Positions 1 through 11,236 of a DNA stretch of 64,000 nucleotides are shown one piece after another. Location: NCBI GenBank assembly GCA_965112155.1, contig OZ218112.1, one strand, 5' to 3'. The position numbers were made by a program, and so were the translations under genes. The number at the start of each line of letters is the position of its first letter. The stretch's first letter is position 1. This DNA comes from Podarcis liolepis (lineage: Eukaryota). The notes below the pieces were generated by a model. The model was given only the letters and a program-made list of their open reading frames with translations, did not search any database and was not told where the DNA came from.

Positions 1-1649
1 TAGCTTGGAGCCTGGTCTCCCCCTTCCCATTAACATCAGAGTACAAATGACTGAGGGCATCAGTGATAGCACTGAAACTTTCCAAAACAGCTTCAGTGGC
101 TTTTGTGTGTGTGTCCCACCTAGTGTCTGACAAATATTTAGGCACTTTAGAACGAGGTGGCAAAAATGATTTTAGAACTGCCCATCTCTTTGTGGAGGAT
201 GAAAAGAAGCTACAAATTTCATTGACAATGTCAAAACTGTTCACTGCATCAAGGCAGCAATCCACAGCTGAACGGCCCACCAGATTTAAAGAGTGACCCG
301 CGCAAGGAATAAATTTTGCAAATTGGTTTTTCCCCGATGATTTTTTGCTGCATACCATTGTACTTTCCAGCCATGTTGGCAGTGATGTCATAAGACTGCC
401 CACGGCATTTTCTAAAGTCAATTTCAGGCTCAATAGTGAAATAGTTGAACACAAAATCAGCCATGCTGTCTCCTGAGTGGTCTTTTGGCTCAAGGAAAGT
501 TAAAAATCTCTCAGTTGGCAAACCATCTTCAGATGATACATATCTGATAATTAAAGTCAACTGATCAGTATGTGAAATGTCAGGAGTGGAATCTATTGAA
601 AGGTTGAAATATCCAGCCTTTCTCACATCAGCCAGAATTGCATCCTTAACTTTTTTTGCCATGAGTTGAATAATTTCCTCACATATAGTTTTTTACAAAG
701 AAGAGGGATTGTCTGATCCAGAATGTCCATAACGATTAATATGAGCAAGTAAAAATGGATCAAATTTTGCCACTAGTTCTAAAAGACCAAGATAATTGCC
801 ATTATTTGGAGATCCAAAGTGTTCATTGTCTCCTCTGAATGGTAAGCCTTGTTCTACAAGAGTGCATATTACAGCAATAATTCTCTCCATGACATGCCAC
901 CAGTACTGCTGTTCTGCTTTTATTTGTTCCTCTAGCTTGGAAGTTAACGTTTGCCCATGCTTCCTTGTTAGGTAGGCCAACATGGCATTCCTATGGTTCT
1001 CTGAGTTTTCATGACTTTGGGTAAGAGGGGTATTCCCCCCCCCCCCCGTCATCAAATCCACAGATAAAGCTGTGGAAGAAGATGCAAGGCCTGGAAAAGA
1101 GCTCTTGTACAAAACCTGGACTGCTTTTTGTACACTTGTTTGGAATCTGAAAATGGTCCACAATGATGCAGAACTTGAGAAAGACCCCTCTCTACTCAAT
1201 AGGATACTTCCTCATATGATAATTCTGACCACAAATCAATATCTGTTAGTAGGTCTATATTTGGCACCATCTTTATCTGCATCCGGAACACCTTGGACTA
1301 CTATCGTATCAGGTGTGAACTGCAAAATCTGACTATTCACATTCTTTTCTTGTGGCTCTTTAGCCTCTCCCTGCCCAGTAAGTGACTCTTGAATTAGTTC
1401 TATATTTTCAGTTTGAGCTAGTATCATGGCTGCTTCCTCATAATCAGCTTGCTGTTCCACATCCTGCTTCACTGTTTTTCTTTCAGGGAGGTTTTTGTCT
1501 GGTTGAATGCTTGTAGTTGGTTCAGACTGAATAGCTTCACTGAGTGGTTTATGCACGAAAGCAGTGATTGGTCTTAATTTCATTGTCATAGCATTTTCGA
1601 GTCTCTGCCTCTTGCACTTGCCAGCACCACTTTCAAATCTTTTACTCAT
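1..1649 (-). pseudogene. Degenerate hAT-superfamily transposase (ZMYM1/DUF4371-like), frameshifted; runs off the window start
   Basis: Three consecutive minus-strand ORFs: N-terminal MSKRFESGAGKCKRQR; HENSENHRNAM...GLPFRGDNE...NNGNYLGLLELVAKFDPFL (DUF4371-like); YFNLSIDSTPDISHTDQL...ERFLTF...CRGQSYD..ANMAGKYNG (hAT catalytic D motifs). Stops and frameshifts lie between them. Confidence 0.9.
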
Positions 1650-2101
1650 GCTTAGATTAGAATCTAAAAATAAAAATAAAAATTAATCCTCAACTGGGTA
1701 AACCTGGGCTTCTGTCACTCTTCAGTAGCTGCCACCACTCACTGACTTCCCTATGCCTTTCTTGAGGGGCAGTGAGACCCCTCTGGCTGACTCCTGGGGT
1801 TTGGAGATGAAAACCCCTAAATTTGGGTTTCTCCTGGAGGGTTGGCACCTGCACATTTTGGGGCTTTTTTCCTCCCAGGACCCTTCTTAAGGCACTGGTA
1901 GTGGGCAGGGTGGGAGAGACTCCGGTCACAGCACCAGACTGGGCTTTTAAACAAAGAACAAATATTTTCTTGACTATCTACAAGTAACAGGATTTTAAAC
2001 ACAAAAGGCAGTTTAAATTAAACACAGAAAAGGAAAACACCACTGGGCACAAATAAAATAAGACAAAACGCATTTCCTCTGACCCTGAACTGACCCCTAT
2101 A

Positions 2102-2331
2102 CAGTGGTACCTCGGTTTAAGAACAGTCCGGTTTAAGAACGATTTGGTTTACAAACTCCGCAAAACTGGAAATAGTGTCTTGGTTTGAGAACTTTACCTT
2201 GGTCTAAGAACGGAATCCAAACGGTGGAAGGGCACCGGTGGTGGAAGGCCTCATTAGGGAAAGCGTAGAACAGTTTTGGTTTAAGAACTGACTTCCAGAA
2301 TGGATTTAGTTCGTAAACCGAGGTAGCACTG
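2102..2331. mobile_element. Tc1/mariner (Tigger/pogo-like) MITE
   Basis: TIRs CAGTGGTACCTCGGTTTA / TAAACCGAGGTAGCACTG flanked by TA on both sides. Confidence 0.9.
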
Positions 2332-2538
2332 TACTTATTTTCCCTTGGGAAGAGGTCCAGTTACCAACCTGCAGCCTGGCCTCCTCCCTTCTACAGGTAG
2401 TCCTGGATCCCTCTGAGGATCCCATCCTACCACTGGTGGAGAAAGGGGGGTGCTGTGGGGGCGGTCCACCTCGGGTGTCATCCCTGAGGGGCGACTGCTG
2501 TGGGCAGTGCCCCCCTGGGAAGCTTGCCACCACTTGCT

Positions 2539-2619
2539 AGTCTCAAGGACAGTGTTTCCGGAAATGATACTACTGTTTTGTGATAGTCTTCATCAGCTGA
2601 AAACACTGTCCTTGAGACT
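2539..2619. repeat. Perfect 19-bp inverted repeat (hairpin)
   Basis: AGTCTCAAGGACAGTGTTT (2539-2557) is the exact reverse complement of AAACACTGTCCTTGAGACT (2601-2619). Confidence 0.9.
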
Positions 2620-2895
2620 TTTGGCATGCCTTCTGTTGGAACTTTTGAAAAACATTTGAGAAAACCTTACTTTTTAGTCTTTTGAAACGTCTTTTGTTGA
2701 AACCTCTGAATAACCATTGTGAGACTGACCTTTGATACCTATCTTGAAAACATGGCTTGCTGTTCCGTGCCACTAGTCTGTTACATTGTCTATATGAACT
2801 CCAATAGATTTATTTCTACCTTTTGATTTATATCATTATTCTATTACATATGATTTAACAGTTATTAGCCTACGTGTTGTGTCTATATTTCTGTG

Positions 2896-3054
2896 ATTGG
2901 TTACCTGCTTTCAGCAATACGGGTCACTGTTTGGTAGTACCCGATTGGTTAGCTGTCAGATTCTAGAGCTCCCTATTGGTGGCTTTTTGGTAATTCACAA
3001 AATACAGAGTCCATTCACGAAGCAGTAACATAAATCTCCATTGGTACATATTGG
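2896..3054 (-). promoter_or_regulatory. CCAAT-box cluster, candidate promoter of the hAT transposase
   Basis: Five ATTGG (CCAAT on minus) at 2896, 2944, 2975, 3040, 3050, between the TIR and the transposase ATG. Confidence 0.4.
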
Positions 3055-3079
3055 GTGTATATTTCAGCGGCTGAACATA

Positions 3080-3306
3080 CAGTGGCACCTTGGGTTACAG
3101 ATGCTTCAGGTTACAGGCTCCGCTAACCCAGAAATAGTACCTCTGGTTAAGAACCTTTCCTCAGGATGAGAACAGAAATCGTGCTCCGGCGGCATGGCAG
3201 CAGCAGGAGGCCCCATTAGCTAAAGTGGTACCTCAGGTTAAGAACAGTTTCAGGTTAAGAACAGACCTCTGGAACGAATTAAGTTCTTAACCCAAGGTCT
3301 CAACTG
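3080..3306. mobile_element. Tigger/pogo-like MITE (same family as 9448 and 14518)
   Basis: TA|CAGTGGCACCTTGGGTTA ... TAACCCAAGGTCTCAACTG|TA; internal sequence shared with other copies. Confidence 0.9.
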
Positions 3307-4702
3307 TACAGGTTTATGGCCATGCTGTAGTGTAATGCTTATGTGACTGTGAATAAAAGGTGGCTGGGCTCATCGTCTTGGGATTTTTAGGAAAACTGAT
3401 TTCCAATAAGTGCTCCCCCCATTTCCATAACAAGTCATTGAGTCTGTACTCTGAATAGTGGCACCAGGGACCTAAAGGGGCAGGACTTGTCAGTCCAACC
3501 CCTGCACAGTCTCATCTGGGCTGGCCTTAAGGCAATTGGGCCAAATTGGGCTTCATGGGCCACTCCTAAGGGGCCTCCTGCACCGGGGCAATCTAAATGG
3601 ATTTTATTTATATCTCTAAGATTCTGCAGACTTCAGCTGTGAACTGGGCCCTACAAAAAAAATTCAAGTTGGGCCCAGAGTCTCATAGCTGTTGGCCCGA
3701 GCTGCCCTGCCCTCGCATGAAGTCTTGGGTTTGCAATTATGAGAGAGGGGAGACTGTGGCACTGGGGAGCCAGCGGGCTAGGGAGGCCCCCTAGATTTAG
3801 AGGCCCTAGGCCCTTAGCCTATACATAAATCCGGCACTGCTGGTGGCAACCAAGTCTGGAACCAACCCACAGTGGCTGAAAGTTTTCTACCCAACAGCAC
3901 TAGTTCTTGGACCGCAAATGAAAAACAGCAGGCCTAGAGAGAAATAGCAGGAATTTTATGATAACATGTGGCTTTGGGATTGCATGTAATGATCTTTCTT
4001 GAGGTAAAGAGAATTCAAGAAAGGAAAACAAGGAATCATTAACACACACACCCTGCCGCCCCGAAAAAAATCCTGCCTGTTTTGAAGCTAAACATCTCTG
4101 CAATCATCAGCTGATATATTAAACAAACTGCAAATAATCATTTTGCTATTTGCCTCATTAAATCTCTCTGCCCACAGAAAATGCCAACACACACACACAC
4201 ACACACACAAACACACACGTTTACATGTAAGAGAGAAAAGAAGACACAAAAAGGATGTTTAGAGAGAAATTAGGTATTTGGATTCAAACTGATTCTGTAG
4301 GTGTCCTAAAATCTTCCCCCCATCAACTGAACTGCTAGGGGTCGAAACCAATTTCATTACACACCATGAGAATGAGCCTGCTTTCTTCTTCTTCTTTTTC
4401 CACCACTAGAATCTGAGCCTAGAATCTGAGTCTGCAGGCAACTTCCAGTGGTGCAATGCATTTTTTGTACATTGTTTTCACTGATATATGCATTTCTGTG
4501 CTCACTTTCCCTGAATAAATGATTTTTTTCCTGTACAAATTATTTGATTGTTTTGTGAAGTGTAAATTAAGTGCTTTTGCACTGAGACGTCAATCAAATT
4601 TCTCCCTCCTACCAAAACAAACAGTGTGACCTGGCATAAGGCAGTCTTTCCATCTGCTGCCTGCATTCCAACTCCAGGTTTTCTTGCTATGCACTTTAAA
4701 AC

Positions 4703-5208
4703 GGGAAACGCTTCAATCAGAGCTCGCACCTCATATCCCACGAAAGGGTCCACACAGGAGAGAAGCCCTACAAGTGTCTGGCGTGCGGGAAGAGCTTTGG
4801 TTGGCGGTCGGACCTTGTAAGACATCAGAGAATCCACACAGGGGAGAAGCCCTACATTTGCCCCGATTGTGGGAGGAGCTTTAGCGCCAGCTCAGACCTT
4901 ACTAGGCATCAGAAAACCCACACAGGAGACAAATCCTACAAATGCGTGGCCTGCGGGAGAACGTTTAGCGGGCGATTGCAGGTTGCTAGTCACCAGAGAC
5001 TCTGCACCAGGGGGAATTGCTGAAACCAGGAAAATGCCCATAGAAAAGGGCATTCTTGCGACTCGACAGTGAGCAGTCTTTTTTACTTGACAAGCGGGGT
5101 ATATTTCTTCAAGGAGGGGTCCACAGTAGTCTGTGGTTTGCTCTGTTTCCTAGCAAAATTTTGTACGTTGAATCAAGATTTCTGGTGTGCTTAATAAAGA
5201 TGACTTAA

Positions 5209-5213
<5 letters not shown>
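4703..5213 (+). pseudogene. 5'-truncated processed copy of a C2H2 (Kruppel-type) zinc-finger gene 3' end; coding part 4703-5023
   Basis: Translates GKRFNQSSHLISHERVHTGEKPYKCLACGKSFGWRSDLVRHQRIHTGEKPYICPDCGRSFSASSDLTRHQKTHTGDKSYKCVACGRTFSGRLQVASHQRLCTRGNC*. Starts mid-finger just after an in-frame TAA (4697-4699); AATAAA at 5193-5198 followed by an A-rich/(CA)n tail. Confidence 0.85.

Positions 5214-5254
<41 letters not shown>
5214..5254. repeat. (CA)n microsatellite
   Basis: Direct reading. Confidence 0.95.
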
Positions 5255-5256
<2 letters not shown>

Positions 5257-6451
5257 AAAACTACCCTGTATTTCAGTCAGGTATTTTTATGGTCTCATAC
5301 AATGTTGTTAAAAACAAACCCCCCCATCAAAGAAATGAGTTACAGAAGCACAATAAGAAAACAGCAGAGAGCAGCCATCAAAGCAATGCCACCTGCAGGG
5401 CAACAAAGCAGCGCATCCCAAAAGGCATGAGAAAGGATGAATAGATTTGCCACTTTCTGCCCCTTTACTCTCCTCATCAGTTCACTCTGTTCCACTCCAG
5501 TTTAATGAGGATAATTTCTAAAAAAAATTCTGGAACTGGAATCTGCACTCCAGTTCAGGGCTTTTGGGGTGAGGGATGGGGGATGGGGGGGTAGAGGGTA
5601 TGTGTACCCTGGCTCTGCTCCCAGTTGCCCTGTAGGAGCTGGGAGGATTCCTGTCTGCAGCAGGTAAGCTTCCTGTGCTTTCGGGGCAGGGGAGGGGGAT
5701 GTTCCCACACAATGCAGAAACCCAATTCCACCTTGCATGGGAAGCAGAGGAGGCTTCTTTCTGCAGACAACCATCCTCCATCTCAAGGAGGATGGGACAG
5801 CTTGTGCACACGTTTGTTCTCCCTTTCGCCGAAATACGAAGTCTAAACAGGGCTTACAACAGCACATGTGTGAATTGATAAAACTGTGGAAAAGGCAGTC
5901 TTGTTGCAATTGTTTGTATGGTTGTAGCAAGATTCTTTTTGTATGTAGCTTTATCAATGCACACAAAAAGATGGACCAAAATAATGGATCAAAAGAATCT
6001 CTGCACACCCGTTAATACAATTGCTGAAAGGTTGGTGGGGTGGGGTGGGGTGGGGTTTTTTTATGGCAGTGCACATACATTTTGGCAATGTTGGGATGAG
6101 GCTAGGTGTTTACATTAACTGAAAGCTGTGGCCAGATGGACACATCTTGTGCTCTGTAGAAAATTTAAGAACAATGACAATAGAAGAATTACAAAAATTC
6201 TATCACATGAATTCAATTTTGAGAAAAAAGTATCCGTTAACACGAAGCTCCTTATTCCTACTGCTCTTTAGCTTTCAGCGCATCGTGGAAGCATCCCTAG
6301 TCTTGAGCAGATAAACACCTATTTACCTTGCAGTCTTGACTCTTAAGATTATGTGCCAGGCAAAGAACCCCACTGAGAAAGAGCCTGACCTAAAGGCAGC
6401 ACATGCCTAACTTTCCCCAGCAAGAATACCCAAAGAAGGGGGTCTCTAGAT

Positions 6452-7019
6452 CAGTGTTTCCCAAACGTTTTTGGGCAACGGCACACCTGTTTACTGAAAA
6501 AAAATCTCGCGGCACACCACCATTAAAGCCCCGCCCCGTGACGTCAGCGCGCAGCGTCACGCCGGGAGGGACGCACAAAAGTGAAAGTTTTTTCCCTCGG
6601 CAGCTCCTCGAAAGGCTTCTCTCAGCTGCGCTCAATCCGCCTCGGAGAGGATTTCCCCTCCGGTCCCATGCGTTCGTTTGGGGCATCGCTCCGGCTGCTC
6701 CCTCTCCCGCCACGCAGGAGCGATGCCTCTCTCTGGCTCTCCCTCCGCGCAGGCTGAGGGAGGGAGGGAGGGGCGCGTGTGACCCGTCTCTGCTGGGAGA
6801 CCAAACCCAGCGAGGCAGAGTCGCGCGGAGGCGCCCAGGCAGCGCTGCCGGCTGCGAGGAGGAGCGCCAGGCAGCAGCAGGAGGCGCGGCCTCTCCTCGC
6901 CGCCGCCGCCCCGCCTCTCGCTGCCCGACTCGCCCGCCTCCCTCCAGGCATCTCGCGGCACACGAGGCAACGTCTCACGGCACACTCGTGTGCCGCGGAA
7001 CACCGGTTGGGAAACACTG
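6452..7019. mobile_element. Young hAT-Charlie-type non-autonomous element, CpG-rich
   Basis: TIRs CAGTGTTTCCCAAAC / GGTTGGGAAACACTG; perfect 8-bp TSD CTCTAGAT (6444-6451, 7020-7027) matching the Charlie NTCTAGAN target; subterminal GGCACAC motifs. Confidence 0.95.
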
Positions 7020-7495
7020 CTCTAGATGATCTCAGAGTGTATAAGAAGATTTATGTGGAAGCAAGTGCTTCATGGTAGGATTTTTCATATCATCACTACT
7101 AAACTAAGGCATTTGTACAGCAATTGGATGCACTTAATGTATACATTGCTTCCAAGCAAATGTGAATTGCTGCATCAAAGCTACTGAAGCCCAGAAGCCA
7201 TGCCTTCCCACTGTGCAAACAAAACTTGGGTTTGCATATTCTCTTCTCTTCTGTTCCTCTTCTGTGCATCAGAGGAAGATATCAGAAGCTTTCATTTCTG
7301 ATTTTAATCAAGCTGCAGTTCCCCACTACACCTGAACTCAGGAAGCTGTGGTTTGTTTAAACTCTGGTTTGTAATCAAGCCAGGATCTGAAACTCCCACC
7401 AGCCCTAGCCAACCCAGCCCTAGGCAACCCAGCAGTCTAAAAGATCTGTACAGCATCATGTTGTAAAGGACATTCAAAGAGGCAGAGGGCACACT

Positions 7496-7646
7496 CATGG
7501 GCGTAGTCAGGAGAGGCAGCTGCCCCCCAAGTCAGGTAAATAAATAAAAATACTTAACTAACTGACAAATTGCATTGCCAATAACTTGGTTCTGGCCCCC
7601 CCTGACAAAAAGCCTGCCCCCCCAATAAATCCTGGCTATGCCCATG
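7496..7646. mobile_element. Small hAT-like MITE
   Basis: TIRs CATGGGCGTAGTCAGG / CCTGGCTATGCCCATG; TSD degenerate. Confidence 0.75.
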
Positions 7647-8303
7647 CACACATTTTCCCTGATGCAGCTAAGCCTAGGATTTTCTTACATGAAGCCACAG
7701 TCATGGAGCTAAAAGTGCAAGCAGGATGCAAGCTGGACTGGCTTCCTGTCAAGACAGTGAATTTCATCACACCTGGACTCTAGATTTGAAGTTAAAGCCC
7801 ACTTTGCTTTCTCTGTTTTTAAGGGTCATTTAATGGCTTTGGCTGGATTGATTGTGTTTAAACATTTCTAAACTGTCTTGAAAATGTATTTGTAGGTTTA
7901 AAAGTGAGGGAGTCATTTTTTGGGAGGTGAATTCCATTATGTAGTATGAAACAACTTAATGCACTAAGGGCAGCATTTTTTGTATCATGCAGTTATAATT
8001 TCATGTGACAATGGGGCCTCTATTTGGTAATATGCCCTGCAACAAAGGGACTTAATTGCATTTGACCATAGTCTAAGTTGTGTGTGGTTTTTTAAAAAGC
8101 TTACATCTTATAGATGGCATGGTCATGATTCCTGTCTGCAGTGTTATATTCCATGCAGATGATGTTTCCATGCCAATTAGCAGGCTCTGGGTTTTTTCCC
8201 CTCCCCCTTCTGGTCATCATGGATTTTAATGAAATCAGTTCAGAGGGAAATCAAAGCTTCTTCTGCACCCTTGCCTTACTAACTTGAAAACCACCACCAC
8301 CCT

Positions 8304-8304
8304 C

Positions 8305-8355
<51 letters not shown>
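8304..8355. repeat. (TTA)n microsatellite
   Basis: Direct reading. Confidence 0.95.
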
Positions 8356-8356
<1 letters not shown>

Positions 8357-8780
8357 TCTTATTCTTCTTTTAAAAGTGTTAGAAATACCCGATTTTTGCT
8401 GCCTTAAGAACCTGTTCATCCGTCTATACAGCTGGGCACATGCAAATTGCACTGTGAAATGTACCTGCATATTCAAGTTTGTGCTAACAGAACCAGTTTT
8501 ATTTCCACCCATGGAAATCTCTCCCCTCCCTCTGATTCTAAAAGCAATGGTACAGTCCACCACCTCAACTCCCCTCCCCAAGAGAATTCTGTAGTTGGGA
8601 AAACTGGTTGAATTTGATTAAACTTTTGGATTTCTTCCAATATTTTCAGCCATTCCATCTGCAGAAAAACACTCTACCAGCACTTGGCACATTGATAGCA
8701 TTAACCGCCTCCTAAATCAGCAGCAAGTCTTGCCTAATAATTTGGCATTTGCACGCTGCTTTGTAAATTGTAAAATCCTC

Positions 8781-8794
8781 GCGTCCTCTGGTGG
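8781..8794 (-). promoter_or_regulatory. Candidate CTCF site
   Basis: Minus strand CCACCAGAGGACGC vs core consensus CCASYAGRKGGCRS (one mismatch). Confidence 0.4.
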
Positions 8795-9432
8795 AAGGAG
8801 GGATCCTTCCCTCAACAACAACAAAAAAATGGAGGCATAATCTGTAAACGTTTTGAAGAAAGAAAACATCTTCCTGTAAAAATGCCTCTCTGCCATGTTT
8901 AATGAAATGGAGGTGGGGAGAGAAGTGTAAGAATAATAAAGGCAGAAATGAGATACAAACTTAATTTTCCACCTCATTCAGGGAAGGAGTATATTGCAGA
9001 ACGAGACTCTCTGGCTACAGAAGCTGCACTAAGCAAACAGGAGCTCTTCTGATGTTGATGGCTGTTGGAACAGCCTAAGAGAGGCCAGAGCACAGCAAGC
9101 AACCCACCAAAGCACCCACCAAACAAAAACAAATGGTGCCATTTTGTGCATGTATTTCTTTACTGCACAGCAAAGTCAGCAGGTGGAGTCCAAAAGCAGC
9201 TCCGACATCTGCTATCAGGGGGAAGTTTACTTCACATGTTATAAAATTCTTTCCAGGAAGGCATTTCCATGTCAGAATGCACATTCAACCTGCATGTTAA
9301 GTCATCTGCCTGTATGAATAATGTGTATGAAGGGTTGTTGTTGTCGTTGTTTTACTCTAAGTGGTGTGTGTGTGTTTTTGCACGAGCGTGCGGCAGTCAT
9401 TTCGGCAAAGGGAGAGGCAGGTTTGTGACCAA

Positions 9433-9445
9433 CCACCAGAGGGCA
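9433..9445 (+). promoter_or_regulatory. Candidate CTCF site
   Basis: CCACCAGAGGGCA matches the CTCF core. Confidence 0.4.
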
Positions 9446-9447
9446 TA

Positions 9448-9691
9448 CAGTGGTGCCTTGAGTTACAATCGCCTCAGATTACAAACGCTTCAGGTTACAA
9501 ACTCAGCTAACCTGGAAGAGTTACCTCGAGTTGAGAACTTTGTCCCAGGATGAGAACGGAAATCGTGTGCTGGCAGCACAGCGGCAGCAGCAAGAGGCCC
9601 CATTAGTGAAAGCACACCTCTAGTTAAGAACAGTTTCAGGTTAAGAACAGACCTCCGGAACGAATTAAGTTCATAACTAGAGGTACCACTG
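9448..9691. mobile_element. Tigger/pogo-like MITE
   Basis: TA|CAGTGGTGCCTTGAGTTA ... TAACTAGAGGTACCACTG|TA. Confidence 0.9.
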
Positions 9692-10339
9692 TATTAATTC
9701 CTGCAGCAGAGTGCCCTTCACATAGGTTTTTGGCAATGCGATGGAAAAAGCAGCGGAAACAGCTCCAAAAGCTTAAAATCACTATTTTGGGAGAAGTTTC
9801 CCAAAAAAAGATCAACAATGTTGGGGTCAGGAATTTTACTTTTTGAAATATGACAACCCTACTGTTAAAGTGGCCTTTGAGGATAATTTATGTTATAATT
9901 CTAGCGGTATCCTCAGACCACATAGACATTAACAGATTAAAACATAGTTAAGTTGGTCATTTTCCCAATTCAGATCCAAGCTTCTATGGGAGAAACAATA
10001 TAAAAACACAGTATTTCATAAGAAACAACATGGCACAAGGCTAACACCTTGTGCACACTGGTTCTAAACTAGGGATGAGAGAACCCAGGATGCAGAGTGT
10101 ATACAGAGCGTGTACTGTGGTATATGCTTTGATAGACAGGCTACATGTGAAAATATGTAGAAACTGTAAAAGAAAGTATGAAAGGATATTGTTGGGAGGA
10201 TCTGCTTACTCAGAGTGTATTAAGAATGTGTTGATAATGTTTGTGCAGGAAAAGCTCAGCCTTGAGCTAGGCTGAGAGAGAGGAGGCATACAGCTCACAG
10301 AATGCAGGCATGCTTTTCCTCTGCAAATATGACTTAATT

Positions 10340-10660
10340 CAGTCCCTCCAAGTGTCCCTATTTTCCAAGGATGTCCCTGATTTAGAGAAGCCATCCCAAT
10401 TTCTGATTTGATCCTGGAATATCCCGCTTTTCCTTAGGACGTCCCTATTTTCATTGGAAAAATGTTGCAGGGTAAGGAGTAATGTGACACACACACCCCA
10501 GTTTTTTTTAAAATTAATGTTTCATTGTGTTTTTATATATGTTGGAAGCTGCCCAGAGTGGCTGGAGCAACCCAGTAAGATGTGTGGGGTATAAATAGTA
10601 AAATTATCATTATGGAATGGGACGTCCCTATTTTCATCAGAGAAATATTGGAGGATATGC
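10340..10660. mobile_element. Non-autonomous DNA-transposon remnant with repeated GTCCC motifs, containing an L2/SINE-like 3' fragment (~10530-10610)
   Basis: Repeated GTCCCTATTTTC motifs; the embedded GCCCAGAGTGGCTGG...CCCAG segment recurs reverse-complemented near 26970-27025. Confidence 0.45.
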
Positions 10661-10701
10661 TTATTTTGATGCATTTATATAAGGTATGCATTTATATAAA
10701 G

Positions 10702-10760
10702 ATAAAGGGACCCCTGACCATTAGGTCCAGTCGTGACCGACTCTGGGGTTGCGGCGCTCA
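10702..10760 (-). mobile_element. Sauria SINE 3' fragment
   Basis: TAAAGGGACCCCTGACCATTAGGTCCAGTCGTG..CGACTCTG..GTTG.GGCGCTCA, nearly identical to 10891-10948. Confidence 0.9.
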
Positions 10761-10878
10761 AGCTACTTGGCGATTCATGAGTTGCCAAGCTACTGCAACC
10801 TCTTCTTCCTTTGCAATTCTCACAAAACTTTTCACGAAGCAGCCATAGCTTGGCTGGAGAACAAACATTTTGCACCTA

Positions 10879-11236
10879 GTAAGGTAAAGGTAAAGGGACC
10901 CCTGACCATTAGGTCCAGTCGTGGCCGACTCTGAGGTTGAGGCGCTCATCTCGCTTTATTAGCCAAGGGAGCCAGCGTACAGCTTCCAAGTCATGTGGCC
11001 AGCATGACTAAGCCGCTTCTGGCGAACCAGAGCAGCACACGGAAACGCCCTTTACCTTCCCGTTGGAGCGTTACCTATTTATCTACTTGCACTCTGATGT
11101 GCTTTTGAACTGATAGGTTGGCAGGAGCAGGGACCGAGCAACGGGAGCTCACCCCATCGTGGGGATTCGAACTGCCGAGCTTCCGATCGGCAAGTCCTAG
11201 GCTCTGTGGTTTAACCCACAGTGCCACCCATGTCCC
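10879..11236 (-). mobile_element. Full-length Sauria SINE
   Basis: Minus strand GGGACATGGGTGGCACTGTGGGTTAAACCACAGAGCC tRNA-like head with B box (GTTCGAATCC) and (ACCTTT)n tail. Confidence 0.95.

Larger units (their letters stand above)
1..3839 (-). mobile_element. Formerly autonomous hAT transposon; probable 5' terminus at 3839, other end outside window
   Basis: Minus strand from 3839 reads CAGTGCCGGATTTA...GGCCTAGGGCCTC...GGGGGCCTCC, a typical hAT TIR with GGCC-rich subterminal motifs, 2.2 kb upstream of the transposase ATG. Linking this end to the ORF is inference. Confidence 0.55.

Noticed and set aside
2560-2602. C/D-box snoRNA or SECIS reading of the hairpin loop
   Set aside because: C box is imperfect (ATGATAC, not RTGATGA), the C-to-D span is too short, and there is no selenoprotein context.
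4502-5072. ORF-track proteins over the zinc-finger segment
   Set aside because: Wrong-frame or antisense shadows of the real frame 4703-5023.
6390-7078. Overlapping long ORFs (up to 208 aa)
   Set aside because: They arise from the GC-rich MITE interior (few stop codons) and show no domain signature.
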